Translations under genes and position numbers: made by a program
Shown: one piece after another, positions 11,280 through 25,490 of the stretch
Layout: the number at the start of each line of letters is the position of its first letter
Numbering within the stretch: position 1 is the first letter of the stretch
NCBI GenBank assembly: GCA_002269645.1
Contig: NIVC01003167.1
Location: 51,645 to 115,644, forward strand
DNA length: 64,000 bases
Reading direction: 5' to 3'
DNA from: Macrostomum lignano
Lineage: Eukaryota
The notes under the pieces: generated by a model
Told to the model about the DNA's origin: nothing
The model's database searches: none
What the model saw: only the letters and a program-made list of their open reading frames with translations

Positions 11280-11983
11280 CTTAAGCGTGACAATGGCCAG
11301 CCTCGACTGGCTCGCCGCCGCCCGCCTCCCGATGGATCTGGCGGCCTGGCGACTCCTCAGCAGCAGCATGGCGCACAGGGCCCCCAGCACGGCCAGGTTG
11401 ATGAGCAGACTCAGGCCCAGGGGCACCACCGACAGCCCGACCATCAGCCACTGCTTGGCGGACGCGGCGTCGCATCGTCGATTGTTCAACAGTCCGAAAC
11501 GAAAGTGCAGCGCGGCCAGGGCGGCCGTCAGCAGTGCGGGCATCAGCCAGACGAAGGCGGACAGCCTGGCGTAGCCCCAGCGAGTCTCCCTGCTGGGCCG
11601 CACCGTCCGGGAGCCGATGGAGATCAGCAAGTCAATGCCAAACACGGCCGCCCAGGCGAAGGTGCCAGTCAGGGCTAGGAAGCTGGCTAGAAGGGAGGTC
11701 AGGCACACGGGCTGGGGGAGGGCCACTGACCTGCCAGCCAGGTGCAGCAGCTCCACAACCAGCAGGCAGGAAGCGTGCCAGCACAGGATGAAGCCAGCTC
11801 GGTTGCGCAGCTGAGCAACGCTGCGGTAGACGGTCAGAAAGGCGACGAGGCTGACCAAGGAGCAGGCCAAAACCAGGTACAGGATGGCGCTCTGGACTGG
11901 TCGGTGCAGGTAGCTGCGGCCGCTCCCGTTCACCTGCGAGATGGGCGGCAGTGTCTGGGGATTGAGGAGCGTCATTTTGAAGT
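11280..11983 (-). CDS. Methuselah-like / family-B GPCR exon (TM1-TM5)
   Basis: Five hydrophobic helices, LRN after TM1, WLMP-type TM4, extracellular Cys; AAG|GTGAGG donor at 11280/11279; candidate acceptor ccacag just upstream of 11983. Confidence 0.75.
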
Positions 11984-12129
11984 CTGTGGTGTCTTGTGAG
12001 TTTCTTGTGGTGCCTGGGGTGTCTTTTGAGAGCTTTGGCTTTTGTGGAATGTATAAAGGTGGTTATTGGTGTCTGGGGTGTCTTTTGAGAGCTTTGGCTT
12101 TTGTGGAATGTATAAAGGTGGTTATTGGT

Positions 12130-13000
12130 GTCTGGGGTGTCTTTTGTGGAATCTAAGGTGTCTTTTGTGAAATCTAAGGTGTCTTTTGTGGAACCTAAGG
12201 TGTCTTTTGTGGAACCTAAGGTGTCTTTTGTGGAACCTAAGGTGTCTTTTGTGAAATCTAAGGTGTCTTTTGTGAAATCTAAGGTGTCTTTTGTGGAATC
12301 TAAGGTGTCTTTTGTGAAATCTAAGGTGTCTTTTGTGGAACCTAAGGTGTCTTTTGTGGAACCTAAGGTGTCTTTTGTGGAATCTAAGGTGTCTTTTGTG
12401 GAATCTAAGGTGTCTTTTGTGGAACCTAAGGTGTCTTTTGTGGAACCTAAGGTGTCTTTTGTGGAATCTAAGGTGTCTTTTTTAGAATCTAAGGTGTCCT
12501 TTGTGGAACCTAAGATGTCTTTTGGTCGTCTGGGGTGTCTTTTGTGAAATCTAAGGTGTCTTTTGTGAAATCTAAGGTGTCTTTTGTGAAATCTAAGGTG
12601 TCTTTTGTGGAATCTAAGGTGTCTTTTGTGAAATCTAAGGTGTCTTTTGTGGAACCTAAGGTGTCTTTTGTGAAATCTAAGGTGTCTTTTGTGGAATCTA
12701 AGGTGTCTTTTGTGGAACCTAAGGTGTCTTTTGTGGAACCTAAGGTGTCTTTTGTGGAATCTAAGGTGTCTTTTTTAGAATCTAAGGTGTCCTTTGTGGA
12801 ACCTAAGATGTCTTTTGGTCGTCTGGGGTGTCTTTTGTGGAATCTAAGGTGTCTTTTGGTTGTCTGGGGTGTCTTGTGGAATCTAAGGTGTCTTTTGGTT
12901 GTCTGGGGTGTCTTGTGGAATCTAAGGTGTCTTTTGGGTATCTGGGATGTCTTTTGGGAGTTCTGAGGGTGTCCGTAATTAAAACAATCTGGGGTGTCTT
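12130..13000. repeat. 21-bp minisatellite (gtgtcttttgtggaatctaag)n
   Basis: About 35 or more copies, degenerate on both flanks. Confidence 0.95.
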
Positions 13001-13462
13001 TTTTGGAATCTAAGTTGTCTTTTGGATGACTGAGAGGTGTCCTTTGAGGATCTGGGATGTCTTTTGTGGAATCTGCGAGTATCTTTTGACAGACTATGGG
13101 TGTCTTTTCTGAGATCTGGGATGTCTTTTTATAGAGGCCTGCTAGTGGTAAATTTTAGCTAGGAGTTGTTCTATAAAACAGAGGATCATTTAAAACTGCA
13201 CGGACATTATGCCCTTTCGCCTTTATCGAAAAATGAAATTATAAACTGAAATTGTTTATTCCACCAGCATCTGTTGGCTTCCATACTAGACCAGAAAAAG
13301 ATTGAATATTCTCATTTAGAGCATCAGTCTCCCATCATCTGAATAGCTCTAACTATCGTACCAGTTACTTGTGTATGGAGATCCAATCCAGATTTTTTAA
13401 TCCAATCAGTTCTAACTAATAATTGGATTTCAAGAAATATTGAAATAAACATAAAAAGTAGG

Positions 13463-14404
<942 letters not shown>

Positions 14405-15074
14405 GGTAAAATTGCCAGAATGGGCAACAGCCAGTGCCATAATTAGATGCAGCAGTCTGCAGCCAGAGGTCACATATCCGCTACAGACTCCGTGCAGTTG
14501 TAAGCTGCAAACCGTGTCCAGTTGAAGAGGCCGCATCAATTACAGGCCGATTCTCTGGCGGAGGCTGTCCTTTACCCGACTTACTTGTAAAAGCCCCCCT
14601 GCCCTCCCCCACCAAACTAGCCGGTGCAGCTGATTCCTGCAAAATTCCATCCAAATTAGGAAAAGTGTGGAAGTTTCCATTAGAAAAACTGAAAACTCTG
14701 TGCTATAGCTTAACACAGCATATTTATGGTAATATGGGAAATTTAATGTGTAGCGGGTGCTACAACTATGAAAAAGCAGATAATTGCAGTGGAACAAAAG
14801 TGTGAAGCTAGCGGTAGGAAATGCCGCTCTGGCTTCTTAGCTTCGCGCTGTCGAACTGTATTTGATTATAAACAACTGCCATAGACAATAGAAGTATACT
14901 TAGTGTTGTAGTGTTGTAGTGTTATATTAAAACACATAGTGCTATAACTACCTCCCTCCCAAAAGGAAGATAACTATATGTGCATCGGTTCGGTACAGTA
15001 ACATCATGAAAACAGCATCATGCACAAACAAGAACATGTTCTTAGTGTCCGTAGGGGCACAAACCACGCAAAGT

Positions 15075-18000
15075 TTACGCAAAAGTGACACGGCGGGGTC
15101 TCAACCTTGCTCGGATGGGCTCATCCATATCGGAGGTCTTGGTAGGCTCATCGCGCTGGGGAGTGGGCAACCGTGCTGGTTTAACGCGGTCGATTGCAAC
15201 GCTTGTTGGTGTCCCGCGGATGTCGAGTGTAAAGGTGAGCGGTGAACGGTGCAGAACAGGAAATGGACCTTGGTAAGGTGCTTCCAACGGCTTACGGACA
15301 CGGTCGAGCCGGAGCCAGACGTGGCTGCAGCTCTGTAGGTTGTCTGGAAGGTGCACCGGTGTTGCGCGCGTGCGTGGCAGACGGTACGGGTAGAACAGAT
15401 TGTGCAGACGATGGGATAGTTGGGTCAGGCTGGCATCCTCTGTGACTACCGGTGGTACGATCGGTTGCTCGCCTGTTACACCGGAGAATGGGCAGTGGCC
15501 GGCCTCGTCAGGTTGAATTCGTAGTCCGAGTAGGACAATCGGCAGTTGTTTTAACCAACAGCGACCTCGCGCACGAAGAGCAGCCTTCAGAGAGCGATGT
15601 GCTCGCTCCATCAGGCCATTGGCTCGGGGTTATACGCTGAGGTTCTTATGTGATGGATGCCGAACAGCTTGGTAAACTCTTCCATGAGCTCTGCACGGAA
15701 CTGGGCACCCTGGTCCGTAATGAGCGTCAGGGGTGGGCCAAAGCGTGACACCCAGGCGCTGAGGAATCCTTGAGCTACAAATGCGGCAGTGATGTCCATC
15801 AGCGGAATGGCCTCCAACCATCGGGTGTAAGCGTTGATTACTGTAAGTAGATAACATGGCTGTTGTTGACCGTTAGGCTCTGGTGGTGTTAGTGGTCCGA
15901 CGATATCCATGTGTACCGTCGCGAATCGCTGAGAGGGAGTCGGTAACTGGTGTAATAGTCGGTGTACATGCTGAGTTACCTTGTTGGCTTGGCAGTGTAG
16001 GCATTCCTCTGTCCAACGGCGCACATCGCGAGAGATCTCCGGCCAGAAGTAGCGATGGTTGATCAATCGACAGCTAGCCTTGACCCCAGGATGGGCTAAT
16101 GAATGAATCGATGTGAAGATGTGCTTTCGCAAGTCTGGTGGAACGACTGGTCGCGGATTGGGATATGACGTTTTGCAGAGCAGTTGACAGTCAGTCAGTC
16201 CGATGTCGAACAACTTGAAAGTGCTGGACTGAGATGGCAACGTTGAATCCCGCTGTTGAGCGCGTGCAATTGCTGGTAGGTCAAAACTGGGCAACATTTG
16301 AGTCTCTTCGTCCGTTGGGGCTATCGCATGTGCGGCAGCGACCAGGACTTCTGATGTTGCGATGTTGCCAGGGTCTTTCGAGGGTCGGGACAGTGCATCA
16401 GCAATGACGTTGGCTTTACCGGTGATGTGAACCACGTCCGTGACAATCTCTGAGATTGTTGACATCTGGCGCTGCTGTCTGTCCGAGAAGCGTTCCTTGC
16501 TGCTTGCAAAGGCTCCGATAATTGGCTTATGGTCGCAGAACACCGTCACTGTCTGGCCTTGCAGCAGGTGCTTCCATGCCTTGATGGCAGCGAAGATAGC
16601 AAGTAGCTCCCGGTCGAAGGTGCTGTATTTAGTTTCGGTGTCGGAAAGCTTTCTGGACAGAAACGCGAGAGGCGTAGAGTCGCCGTCTACGACCTGGTGC
16701 AGACAGGCACCGATCGCCATGGCACTGGCATCCATTGTTACTGTGAAGTTGGCCTCCGGATGCGGAAAAGCGAGAGTGACAGCGTCAGCGAGCGCGTCTT
16801 GCAGCGCTCGCCATGCCCGGTCATGTTCTGGGAGCCAACTGAAGGTGCCGTGCAATAGTTGTCGCAGCGGGAGTAGCAGCTGTGCGTAGTGCTGAATGTG
16901 GCGTTGGTAAAAGCCGAACATGCCGAGGTATCGCTGCAGCTCCCTGCTGTCCTTGGGTGGAGGAAGAGTACGTAGGGCGCTGACTCGATCGGGCAGCGGT
17001 CGAATCCCGTCTCCAGAAATCTGATGGCCCAGGAACTCGATTGTATTCTGATAGAATTGGCATTTGTGAGGGCTTACACGCAGTCCGTTGTCGCACAGGC
17101 GTTGCAGTACGGCATGTAGATGTGCCTCGTGCTCCTCGCAGCAGGTGCTGTGAATCAGAATGTCGTCAATGTAGGTGACAACGAATGGCATGTCGCGGAA
17201 AATCGCATCGACGAACCGTTGAAAGGTACTGGCTGCGTTGCGTAGTCCAAATGGCATGCGCAGATACTCAAACGAACCGAATGGTGTGCAAACTGCAGTC
17301 TTCTCTATGTCTTCCGCCGCGATGGGTACGAAGTGGTAAGCCTTGACTAGGTCAAGCATACTGAATACTCGTGAACCATGGAGTCGATGGTGAAAGTGCC
17401 CGATGTGGGGTATCGTGTAGCGGTCTGGCTTGGTTACTGCGTTGAGTGCGCGCTAGTCGCCGCAGGGACGCCACGAGCCGTCCTTCTTCTTCACCATGTG
17501 AAGAGGGGACGCCCATGGACTGGCAGAGGGTCGCACGATGCCGAGGCGCAGCAGTTGGTCAAACTCCGCCTTCGCTGCGTTGAACTTGGCTGGAGGGAGC
17601 GGACGAGGTCGGCAGAATAGCGGCTTGCTGTCGGTAATTATCTGGTGGCTGACTGTGCTAGACGAAGGCGCAGACGAATAGTCTGGGGCTTCTGCTAGCT
17701 GAGGGAAAGCATCGAGGGGTGTCGCTAACACTGACGATGTTGCTAGCACCTGTGGGGCTGATTCTGCTGTTGCTTGGAGAGCTGCATGAAGTTGAGTAGT
17801 CGGGTCATGCAGACGTCTGTTATGCATGTCAATTAGGAGACCGAACTTAGCCAGGAAGTCGGCTCCCAAAATCGGCGGTGTATCAGCAACGATGAAGTTC
17901 GCGGAAAACAGGCGGCGTAGCTCTGGGACTGCGACAGACAGTGAGCACTGACCGAGAGTACTAAATTCGCGACCATCGACGCTGCGTAGCCGGACCTGCG

Positions 18001-18112
18001 TGGGTGCCAGCAGGTGGCGAGGTGCAAGGTCCAAAAGCAGCAGGGAGCGCTCAGCACCGGTGTCCACAACAAAACGAACTGTTTCTCCGAACAATTTACA
18101 GGGTAACAACAA
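15075..18112 (-). pseudogene. pol: pol of Gypsy element 2 (protease-RT-RNase H-integrase)
   Basis: VVDTGA, YIDD, RNase H, HHCC and DDE motifs. One in-frame TAG in RT (PCGD*RALN, about 17453) and a 1-nt deletion at about 15625 (PRANGLMER). Confidence 0.9.
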
Positions 18113-18156
18113 GGAAGCGGCCTCGTTGAGGTCATGGCTCGGCCCTAGCGCATGAC

Positions 18157-19007
18157 CTACGCGTTTGTTGGACTGGTAGCGCGCAACTGGGCCGGCGTAG
18201 CCTGACGGCTATTGAGCACGCGTTGTGGTTTGGGTCCGGGCCACTGGCACCATGGTCGGCAGGTGCGCGCGTCTGCGCCGTAGTAAATGTGGCCGTTGCA
18301 GACCTTTTGCCTTGGCTGTCGGGTGCGTCGCTGGGGTCGTGCCTCACGGGCGCTGTTTGGCGAAGGAGCCGACGGTGCAGCGGTAGCTCGCGCGATTGTG
18401 TGGAATGGTGTCGTGGGGCCGGCGACCGCCAACATGCTGTCAGCGATCCTCGCGAAGTTGTCGAGTGCTTCAGATTCGTGGCCGACGAGTGCCGAACGGA
18501 TGTTGCCGGGAAGGGCGGACAGCAGGCGGGACTTGACGATCGAGTCATCGACCTGCAGGCCAACTTCGGAGAAACGCCGTCGAATGTCCGTAACCAGCTG
18601 TGTAGGACGGCGATCACCGAGCTCGACCGCGGCGAGCGCTTCTTCGATGTGCTGGTGGCGGTTGGCCCGGAGTAGTTCCGTCACAGCTGACTTCAGTGCT
18701 TCGTAATCATCTTCTAAATCGGCAATGTCGCAGGCGACGTCTTCCGGCAGTGCGGACAGAGCGTGATGAAACTTGGTCGTTGGACAGGTGATGCGGGCCA
18801 AGACGAACTGGGATTCCAGTTGACGGAACCAGACATCAGGCGCTTTGCGGTAGAAGGGTGGTGGGCGCGGACCGTGCCACGGTTAACCGGCTCTTGGACC
18901 ATCGAGGCTGTGCCCCTCTCTGCAGTAGACGTAGCGCCGGTGGTGTCGGTAGCGGTCGAAAAGTCGCTAGTGACCACCGTTTGTCGCTTGTTGCGTTTGC
19001 TGGGCAT
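18157..19007 (-). pseudogene. gag: gag of Gypsy element 2
   Basis: ATG at 19007; PPPFYRKAPDVWFRQLESQF...CHCC motif; one frameshift at about 18870. Confidence 0.85.
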
Positions 19008-19799
19008 CGTGATTTGCAGCCAGTTGTTATCGCACGCTCTGCTACCACTTTGTAGCGGGTGCTACAACTATGAAAAAGCAGATAATTGCAGTGGAACAAA
19101 AGTGTGAAGCTAGCGGTAGGAAATTCCGCTCTGGCTTCTTAGCTTCGCGCTGTCGAACTGTATTTGATTATAAACAACTGCCATAGACAATAGAAGCATA
19201 CTTAGTGTTGTACTGTTGTAGTGTTATATTAAAACACATAGTGCTATAAATGAAAATGAAAAACCATATTTATTGAAAGTCCAGGCAATGCCGTTTCGTG
19301 GAAATAATATCGCTGGTGAAACAGTTATCGCTTCCTCGCTTCGGCGCACTTTCAGTCAGGCTCAGACTGGATTGAGTTGGACTCGGCCAGTTGTGAGGGG
19401 AGGGGGAACGCACTGAAATCCCAGAGTGAGCTGCTGTTTGAACTGTAAACTTCCCATGAGTAGCCATCTGGCTGTCTGGCCGTTCTCAATACGCTTCCGC
19501 TGCTATAGTTTTGAAGCAGACTTTGATGACGGCCGGGACTGTTGAACTGTAACTATATTACTGTTATACAGCAGTGTATTGTTCAGCTGAGCTCATTTTC
19601 TCGGTCACCCTCTCAGCCTCTCGAGTTATTTTTTCTACATGTGAGTTTTCCAAGCGACAATAGAAATTCCTTTTTGAAATCATAAAAAAAGAAGCTGGGG
19701 ATCAGCGACGGTCGTGCTTTGTAGAGTGAGAAAAAATGATCTTATAGTGAAATGGTTAAGACATGTGAGGTCTGGCGGATGGGGTCGGATGTGGGAGAG

Positions 19800-21362
19800 A
19801 GAGGTGAGGGAGAGAGAGAGAGTTAAGGAGACAAGCGAGGGAGACAGGTGAAGGAGACAGGTGAGGGAGACAGGTGAGGGAGACAGGTGAGGGAGACAGG
19901 TGGAGGTAGACAGGTGAGGGAGACAGGTGAAGGAGACAAGTGAGGGAGACAGGTGAAGGAGACAGGTGAAGGAGACAGGTGAGGGAGACAGGTGAAGGAG
20001 ACAGGTGAAGGAGACAGGTGAGGGAGACAAGTGAAGGAGACAAGTGAGGGAGACAGGTGAAGGAGACAAGTGAGGGAGACAGGTGAAGGAGACATGTGAA
20101 GGAGACAGGTAAAGGAGACAGGTGAAGGAGACAAGTGAGGGAGACAGGTGAAGGAGACAAGTGAGGGAGACAAGTGAAGGAGACATGTGAAGGAGACAGG
20201 TAAAGGAGACAGGTGAAGGAGACAGGAAAAGGAGACAGGTGAGGGAGACAGGTGAGGGAGACAGGTGAGGGAGACAGGTGAAGGAGACAGGTGAAGGAGA
20301 CAGGTGAGGGTGACAGGTAAAGGAGACAGGTGAAGGAGACAGGTGAGGGTGACAGGTAAAGGAGACAGGTGAAGGAGACAGGTGAGGGTAACAGGTAAAG
20401 GAGACAGGTGAAGGAGACAAGTGAGGGAGACAGGTGAAGGAGACAGGTGAAGGAGACAGGTGAGGGAGACAGGTGAAGGAGACAGGAAAAGGAGACAGGT
20501 GAGGGAGACAGGTGAGGGAGACAGGTGAGGGAGACAGGTGAAGGAGACAGGTGAAGGAGACAGGTGAGGGTGACAGGTAAAGGAGACAGGTGAAGGAGAC
20601 AGGTGAGGGTGACAGGTAAAGGAGACAGATGAAGGAGACAGGTGAGGGTAACAGGTAAAGGAGACAGGTGAAGGAGACAGGTGAGGGAGACAGGTGGAGG
20701 GAGACAGGTGAGGGAGACAGGTGAAGGAGACAGGTGAGGGTGACAGGTGAAGGAGACAGGTGAGGGAGACAGGTGAGGGAGACAGGTGGAGGGAGACAGG
20801 TGAGGGAGACAGGTGAAGGAGACAGGTGAGGGTGACAGGTAAAGGAGACAGGTGAAGAAGACAGGTGAGGGTGACAGGTAAAGGAGACAGGTGAATGAGA
20901 CAGGTGAGGGTAACAGGTAAAGGAGACAGGTGAAGGAGACAAGTGAGGGAGACAGGTGAAGGAGACAGGTGAAGGAGACAGGTGAGGGAGACAGGTGAAG
21001 GAGACAGGAAAAGGAGACAGGTGAGGGAGACAGGTGAGGGTGACAGGTAAAGGAGACAGGTGAAGGAGACAGGTGAAGGAGACAGGTGAGGGTGACAGGT
21101 AAAGGAGACAGGTGAAGGAGACAGGTGAGGGTAACAGGTAAAGGAGACAGGTGAAGGAGACAGGTGAGGGTAACAGGTAAAGGAGACAGGTGAAGGAGAC
21201 AGGTGAGGGAGACAGGTGGAGGGAGACAGGTGAGGGAGACAGGTGAAGGAGACAGGTGAGGGTGACAGGTGAAGGAGACAGGTGAGGGAGACAGGTGAGG
21301 GAGACAGGTGGAGGGAGACAGGTGAGGGAGACAGGTGAAGGAGACAGGTGAGGGTGACAGGT
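19800..21362. repeat. 13-bp purine-rich minisatellite (GGAGACAGGTGAR)n
   Basis: 13-bp period over about 1.55 kb. Confidence 0.95.
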
Positions 21363-21894
21363 GAATGCAATAGTTGAGAAATAAGAGAGGCGATAGGAGC
21401 AAATGCTGACTAGAAATTCATTCCGCCAATAAAAGACAAACTGCTATAAGAGACGCAGCTCGAAGCAGAGAGACAGCTAAAAGCTGTCAGTGTACACTGT
21501 GCTGTTCGGGTATGTCTGACAGGAGGTGTCTGACCCGTCTGCTTGGGTTAATTGACTACCAGCGCCCCCCGGCCCCTAGAAAGGTCCTCTCAATTCTCTC
21601 TCAACACTGGATCTGCGATTTCCGCTTGGGCCAAGCGTGCATATAAAAGTTTGTGAATTCATTTTTCCTGGCTGGGTTAGAAAGAACTCCTTTCCAGAGC
21701 TTTAGAGGGACATTGAAGGTCGCGTTCTAAATTGAATTCTAGCGAACATTTTTGCTGGAAGACCCAACACTTCCTCGCTCTCCTCTGCTCGCACCTTTAT
21801 GACAGCGCTAATTAGCTGTTTAGAAAAGTACAGCTGCACTCTGTCACTCTTATGCTGTAGTTAGTTTACAGTTTTCTGTTACACTCTGTTCTTT

Positions 21895-22851
21895 TATTCG
21901 GTTGTCGAGAGTCGAGAACCTTCCTCCAAACCGAGTTTAATTTTAAAAACGGAAGGACTTAAAGAAACGAAGTAATTGACATCTGAATCAATCACATTCT
22001 GCCATTTTTCAGTCAAAGACATAATGCCATCAGTGTGGACTTTCTCAGGTTTTGAGTCAGTTATCCAGGGCTTCTTCATCGGGTGAAAGATTTGCTCATC
22101 AATTCGTTGGTCAGAGCCAAGAACAGATAGTAGGTTGCTGGGCGCCAGATTGGGGGAATACGGAGGATGAGGCACCAATATAACTTTTGGCGAGTCACCT
22201 TGGCAGTGTGGGGGTGGGCATTATTGTGCAGGAATTGGACCGGGCCATGATTTGGTCGCTTCTATTGGCAGTACAGGTCGGCCGTAATCGATGTGTTGGG
22301 TGGTAAATGTGGTCACACATTTACAGTCCCACCAAACGCACAGCATGACCTTGCGGGGGTGGAGTCCGGCCTTAGGCTGTGGCTCAGGTGTCGCGTCAGC
22401 ACCCACCCACGACCAGCGACGCTCGAGGTTCACGTACATGTATAAGCACCATTTTTCATCGCCAGTAACAATCGACTACAGCCAGCTGTGTGTGCACCGA
22501 TCGTTTTGATGGTCAACCCCAAGGACGCGTGGTTTATCGGGGATCAGTCTCGATGACTGTGCGCAGGGGCCGGGTCATCATCCACCTCAGAAGGGTCCTG
22601 GAGGGTCAGAAGAATCCACCTCATATCTTGACCGGAGCAAATCTTTGAGGCTGAAATCTCCCTGGCGAAACCGAGCAAACCAATCTTGTGCAGTGGGTTC
22701 AGACACGGTACCAACACAATGAGAAGTAGTCTGTCAAGATCGCACACACCCACCCTCAATATATACCCACACAGTAAGCTTCTAGAATGTTGCAGAAAGT
22801 TCTGGAATCGAATTTTCAATAAATCGAGATAACATCCTCGACAACCGAATA
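21895..22851 (-). mobile_element. Decayed mariner (Tc1/mariner) DNA transposon
   Basis: 15-bp terminal inverted match TATTCGGTTGTCGAG at 21895-21909 and 22837-22851 with terminal TA. Transposase fragments IVTGDEKW, GLHPRKVMLCVWWD and PHPPYSPNLAPS lie in broken frames. Confidence 0.88.
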
Positions 22852-22899
22852 TTAGTATGTAGATTTGGTACTCACTGTCAGTCTGTTATTCTGCCACTC

Positions 22900-23742
22900 T
22901 GTCACTCTATCCCTCTGTCACTCTGTCCCTCTGTCACTCTGTCACTCTGTCACTCTGTCACTATGTCACTCTGTCACTATGTCACTCTGTCAACCTCTCA
23001 GTCTTTCACTCTGTCACTCTGTCACTCTGTCACTCTATCACTCTGTCACTCTATCCCTCTGTCACTCTGTCGCTCTGTCACTCTGTCACTCTGTCGCTCT
23101 ATCACTCTGTCAATCTATCCCTATGTCACTCCGTCACTCTATCCCTCTGTCACTCTATCCCTCTGTCACTCTGTCACTCTGTCACCCTCTCAGTCTGTCA
23201 CTCTGTCACTCTGTCACTCTGTCACTCTGTCGCTCTGTCACTCTGTCACTCTATCCCTATGTTACTCTGTCACTCTATCCCTCTGTCACTCTATCCTCTG
23301 TCACTCTGTCACTCTATCCCTCTGTCACTCTATCCCTCTGTCACTCTGTCACTCTGTCACCCTCTCAGTCTGTCACTCTGTCACTCTGTCGCTCTGTCAC
23401 TCTGTCACTCTATCCCTATGTTACTCTGTCACTCTATCCCTCTGTCACTCTATCCCTCTGTCACTCTATCCCTCTGTCACTCTATCCCTCTGTCACTCTA
23501 TCCCTCTGTCACTCTATCCCTCTGTCACTCTATCCCTCTGTCACTCTATCCCTCTGTCACTCTATCCCTCTGTCACTCTATCCCTCTGTCACTCTATCCC
23601 TCTGTCACTCTATCCCTCTGTCACTCTATCCCTCTGTCACTCTGTCACCATGTCACTCTGTCACCCTCTCAGTCTGTCACTCTGTCACCATGTCACTCTG
23701 TCACCCTCTCAGTCTGTCACTCTGTCACTCTGTCACTCTGTC
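22900..23742. repeat. 8-bp-based repeat (CTGTCACT)n with CTATCCCT variants
   Basis: Direct reading. Confidence 0.93.
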
Positions 23743-23770
23743 ACAGGCAGTCACTCCGTCACCAACTCAC

Positions 23771-23974
23771 CCCCGCCGACAAATTCGCTGCAAACGCCGC
23801 AGCGGCGCCGGCGAACCCCGACGCGCCAGAATTTGGCGCCGCCGCCCAGAACGCCTGAGCTGCCGACGGGTGTCGAACTCCGGGGACCGACGCCGCTGCG
23901 GCGCCGGCTGAACCGCTAGCTAGCAGATTCAAATCCGCGCCAATTTGAGAAGATAACGACTCGTCTGGTTCCAT
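23771..23974 (-). CDS. Putative first coding exon (Ala-rich), possibly of the GPCR gene
   Basis: ATG at 23974, GC-rich island between two repeat arrays, GTGAGT donor at 23770. Its phase (0) does not match the 11983 acceptor (1), so an intervening exon would be needed. Confidence 0.35.
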
Positions 23975-24079
23975 TTATCCGGTCTTAGTTGGAAGCTTCA
24001 GTAAAACTTTGTCGACACGGAGAATGGATTCTCGTAGTTAGTTACTCTTGCCAGTCAAAGCTTGGTCCTTCCGGCAGAA

Positions 24080-24585
24080 TCGGTCACTCTGGCACAATCG
24101 GTCACTCCGGCAGAATTGGTCACTCTGGCACAATTGGTCACTCTGGCACAATCGGTCACTCTGGCAGAATCGGTCACTCTGGCAGAATTGGTCACTCTGG
24201 CACAATCGGTCACTCTGGCAGAATTGGTCACTCTGGCAGAATCGGTCACTCTGGAAGAATCGGTCACTCTGGCAGAATTGGTCACTCTGGCAGAATTGGT
24301 CACTCTGGCAGAATTGGTCACTCTGGCAGAATCGGTCACTCTGGAAGAATCGGTCACTCTGGCAGAATCGGTCACTCTGGCAGAATTGGTCACTCTGGCA
24401 CAATCGGTCACTCTGGCAGAATTGGTCACTCTGGCAGAATCGGTCACTCTGGAAGAATCGGTCACTCTGGCAGAATTGGTCACTCTGGCACAATTGGTCA
24501 CTCTGGCAGAATCGGTCACTCTGGCAGAGTCGGTCACTCTCGGTCACTCTCGGATCGGTCACTCTCGGATTGGTCACTCCGGCAG
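24080..24585. repeat. 18-bp minisatellite (cggtcactctggcagaat)n
   Basis: About 27 copies. Confidence 0.95.
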
Positions 24586-25304
24586 AATTGGACACGCTTT
24601 AGTAGGCGTTATTTTTTATTATATAGGATTCTAATCAATTCTTTTAATTCGTGTTGCCACGGGTAGAAAATCAATTCCTTTTATATTTACTTTACTCTGG
24701 CTTCTATTCGTATCCAAGTGCTGTAGCTCTGTCTGTTACCCACCCCTGTCCCAGCCATTTGTAGTCTCTCTGGGCTAGCTAGAGCGAGAGTTCCTATTGG
24801 ATCAGATGTGCGGGGAGCAGCTGATGGCATCCAGAACTTTTTGAAAGCTGAACTGATATTGGAAGACTTTTCTCTCTATGGCTTGGCTCTTTGTGAGAAA
24901 TTTTCAGTTCCTATCGGTTTTGGAGATGCTCAAGATTGAGATTAAAATCTACCGACAAATTTATGGACTTCTAAAGCTAGAATCTGAATTGAAATCTGCA
25001 GGACAAATTCATGGACTTTTAAAACTTGTATCTGGATTGAAATCTGAAGTCGTAACGTTATGCAGAAGCTCGCTTATTACTGTGTTAAATTGTAAAACTG
25101 CTCTTACAAGCAGCGCCCCAGAAAGCTTGACATCCCAGGCAATTAGCTGTAGAAACTTGCACTTTTATTTACTTGTGTTTACTTGTGGAAGCCGAAAATT
25201 GGCCAAAATTAAAAAATAGTTTGCAAAAAACTTTAAAATAAAGTTTATTGTTTCACAACTTCTGTTTTCTATATGTGACCTTTATTCACTCTCTATAATC
25301 CTCT

Positions 25305-25490
25305 ATACCCTCCTCTATACCCTCCTCTATACCCTCCTCTATCCCCTTCTCTATCCCCTCCTCTATATCACCCCTCTATCCCCTCCTCTATCCCCTCCTC
25401 TATCCTCTCCTCTATACCCTCCTCTATACCCTTCTCTATACCCTCCTTTATACCCTCCTCTATACCCTCCGCTATACCCTCCTCTATACC
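25305..25490. repeat. 12-bp repeat (tataccctcctc)n
   Basis: Direct reading. Confidence 0.85.

Larger units (their letters stand above)
14749..19248 (-). mobile_element. Ty3/Gypsy LTR retrotransposon, CsRn1/Boudicca-type, with a few lesions
   Basis: 198-bp LTRs at 14749-14946 and 19051-19248 (3 substitutions); 4-bp TSD AATG at 14745-14748 and 19249-19252; PBS TGGTAGCAGAG (initiator-Met tRNA type); PPT GGGAGGGAGGTAGT; Gag carries the CHCC motif CNGHIYYGADARTCRPWC. Confidence 0.95.

Noticed and set aside
12130-13000. Resemblance between the host 21-bp array (gtgtcttttgtggaatctaag) and the viral 21-bp array (gtgtcattttgggacttagat)
   Set aside because: Only a shared gtgtc.ttt core and equal period; too little identity to claim common origin.
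17359-17453. Apparent deletion in the RT of Gypsy element 2
   Set aside because: Manual translation shows continuous RT sequence with a single TAG; nothing is deleted.
19270-19560. Possible additional GPCR exon
   Set aside because: No frame is both open and bounded by convincing splice sites.
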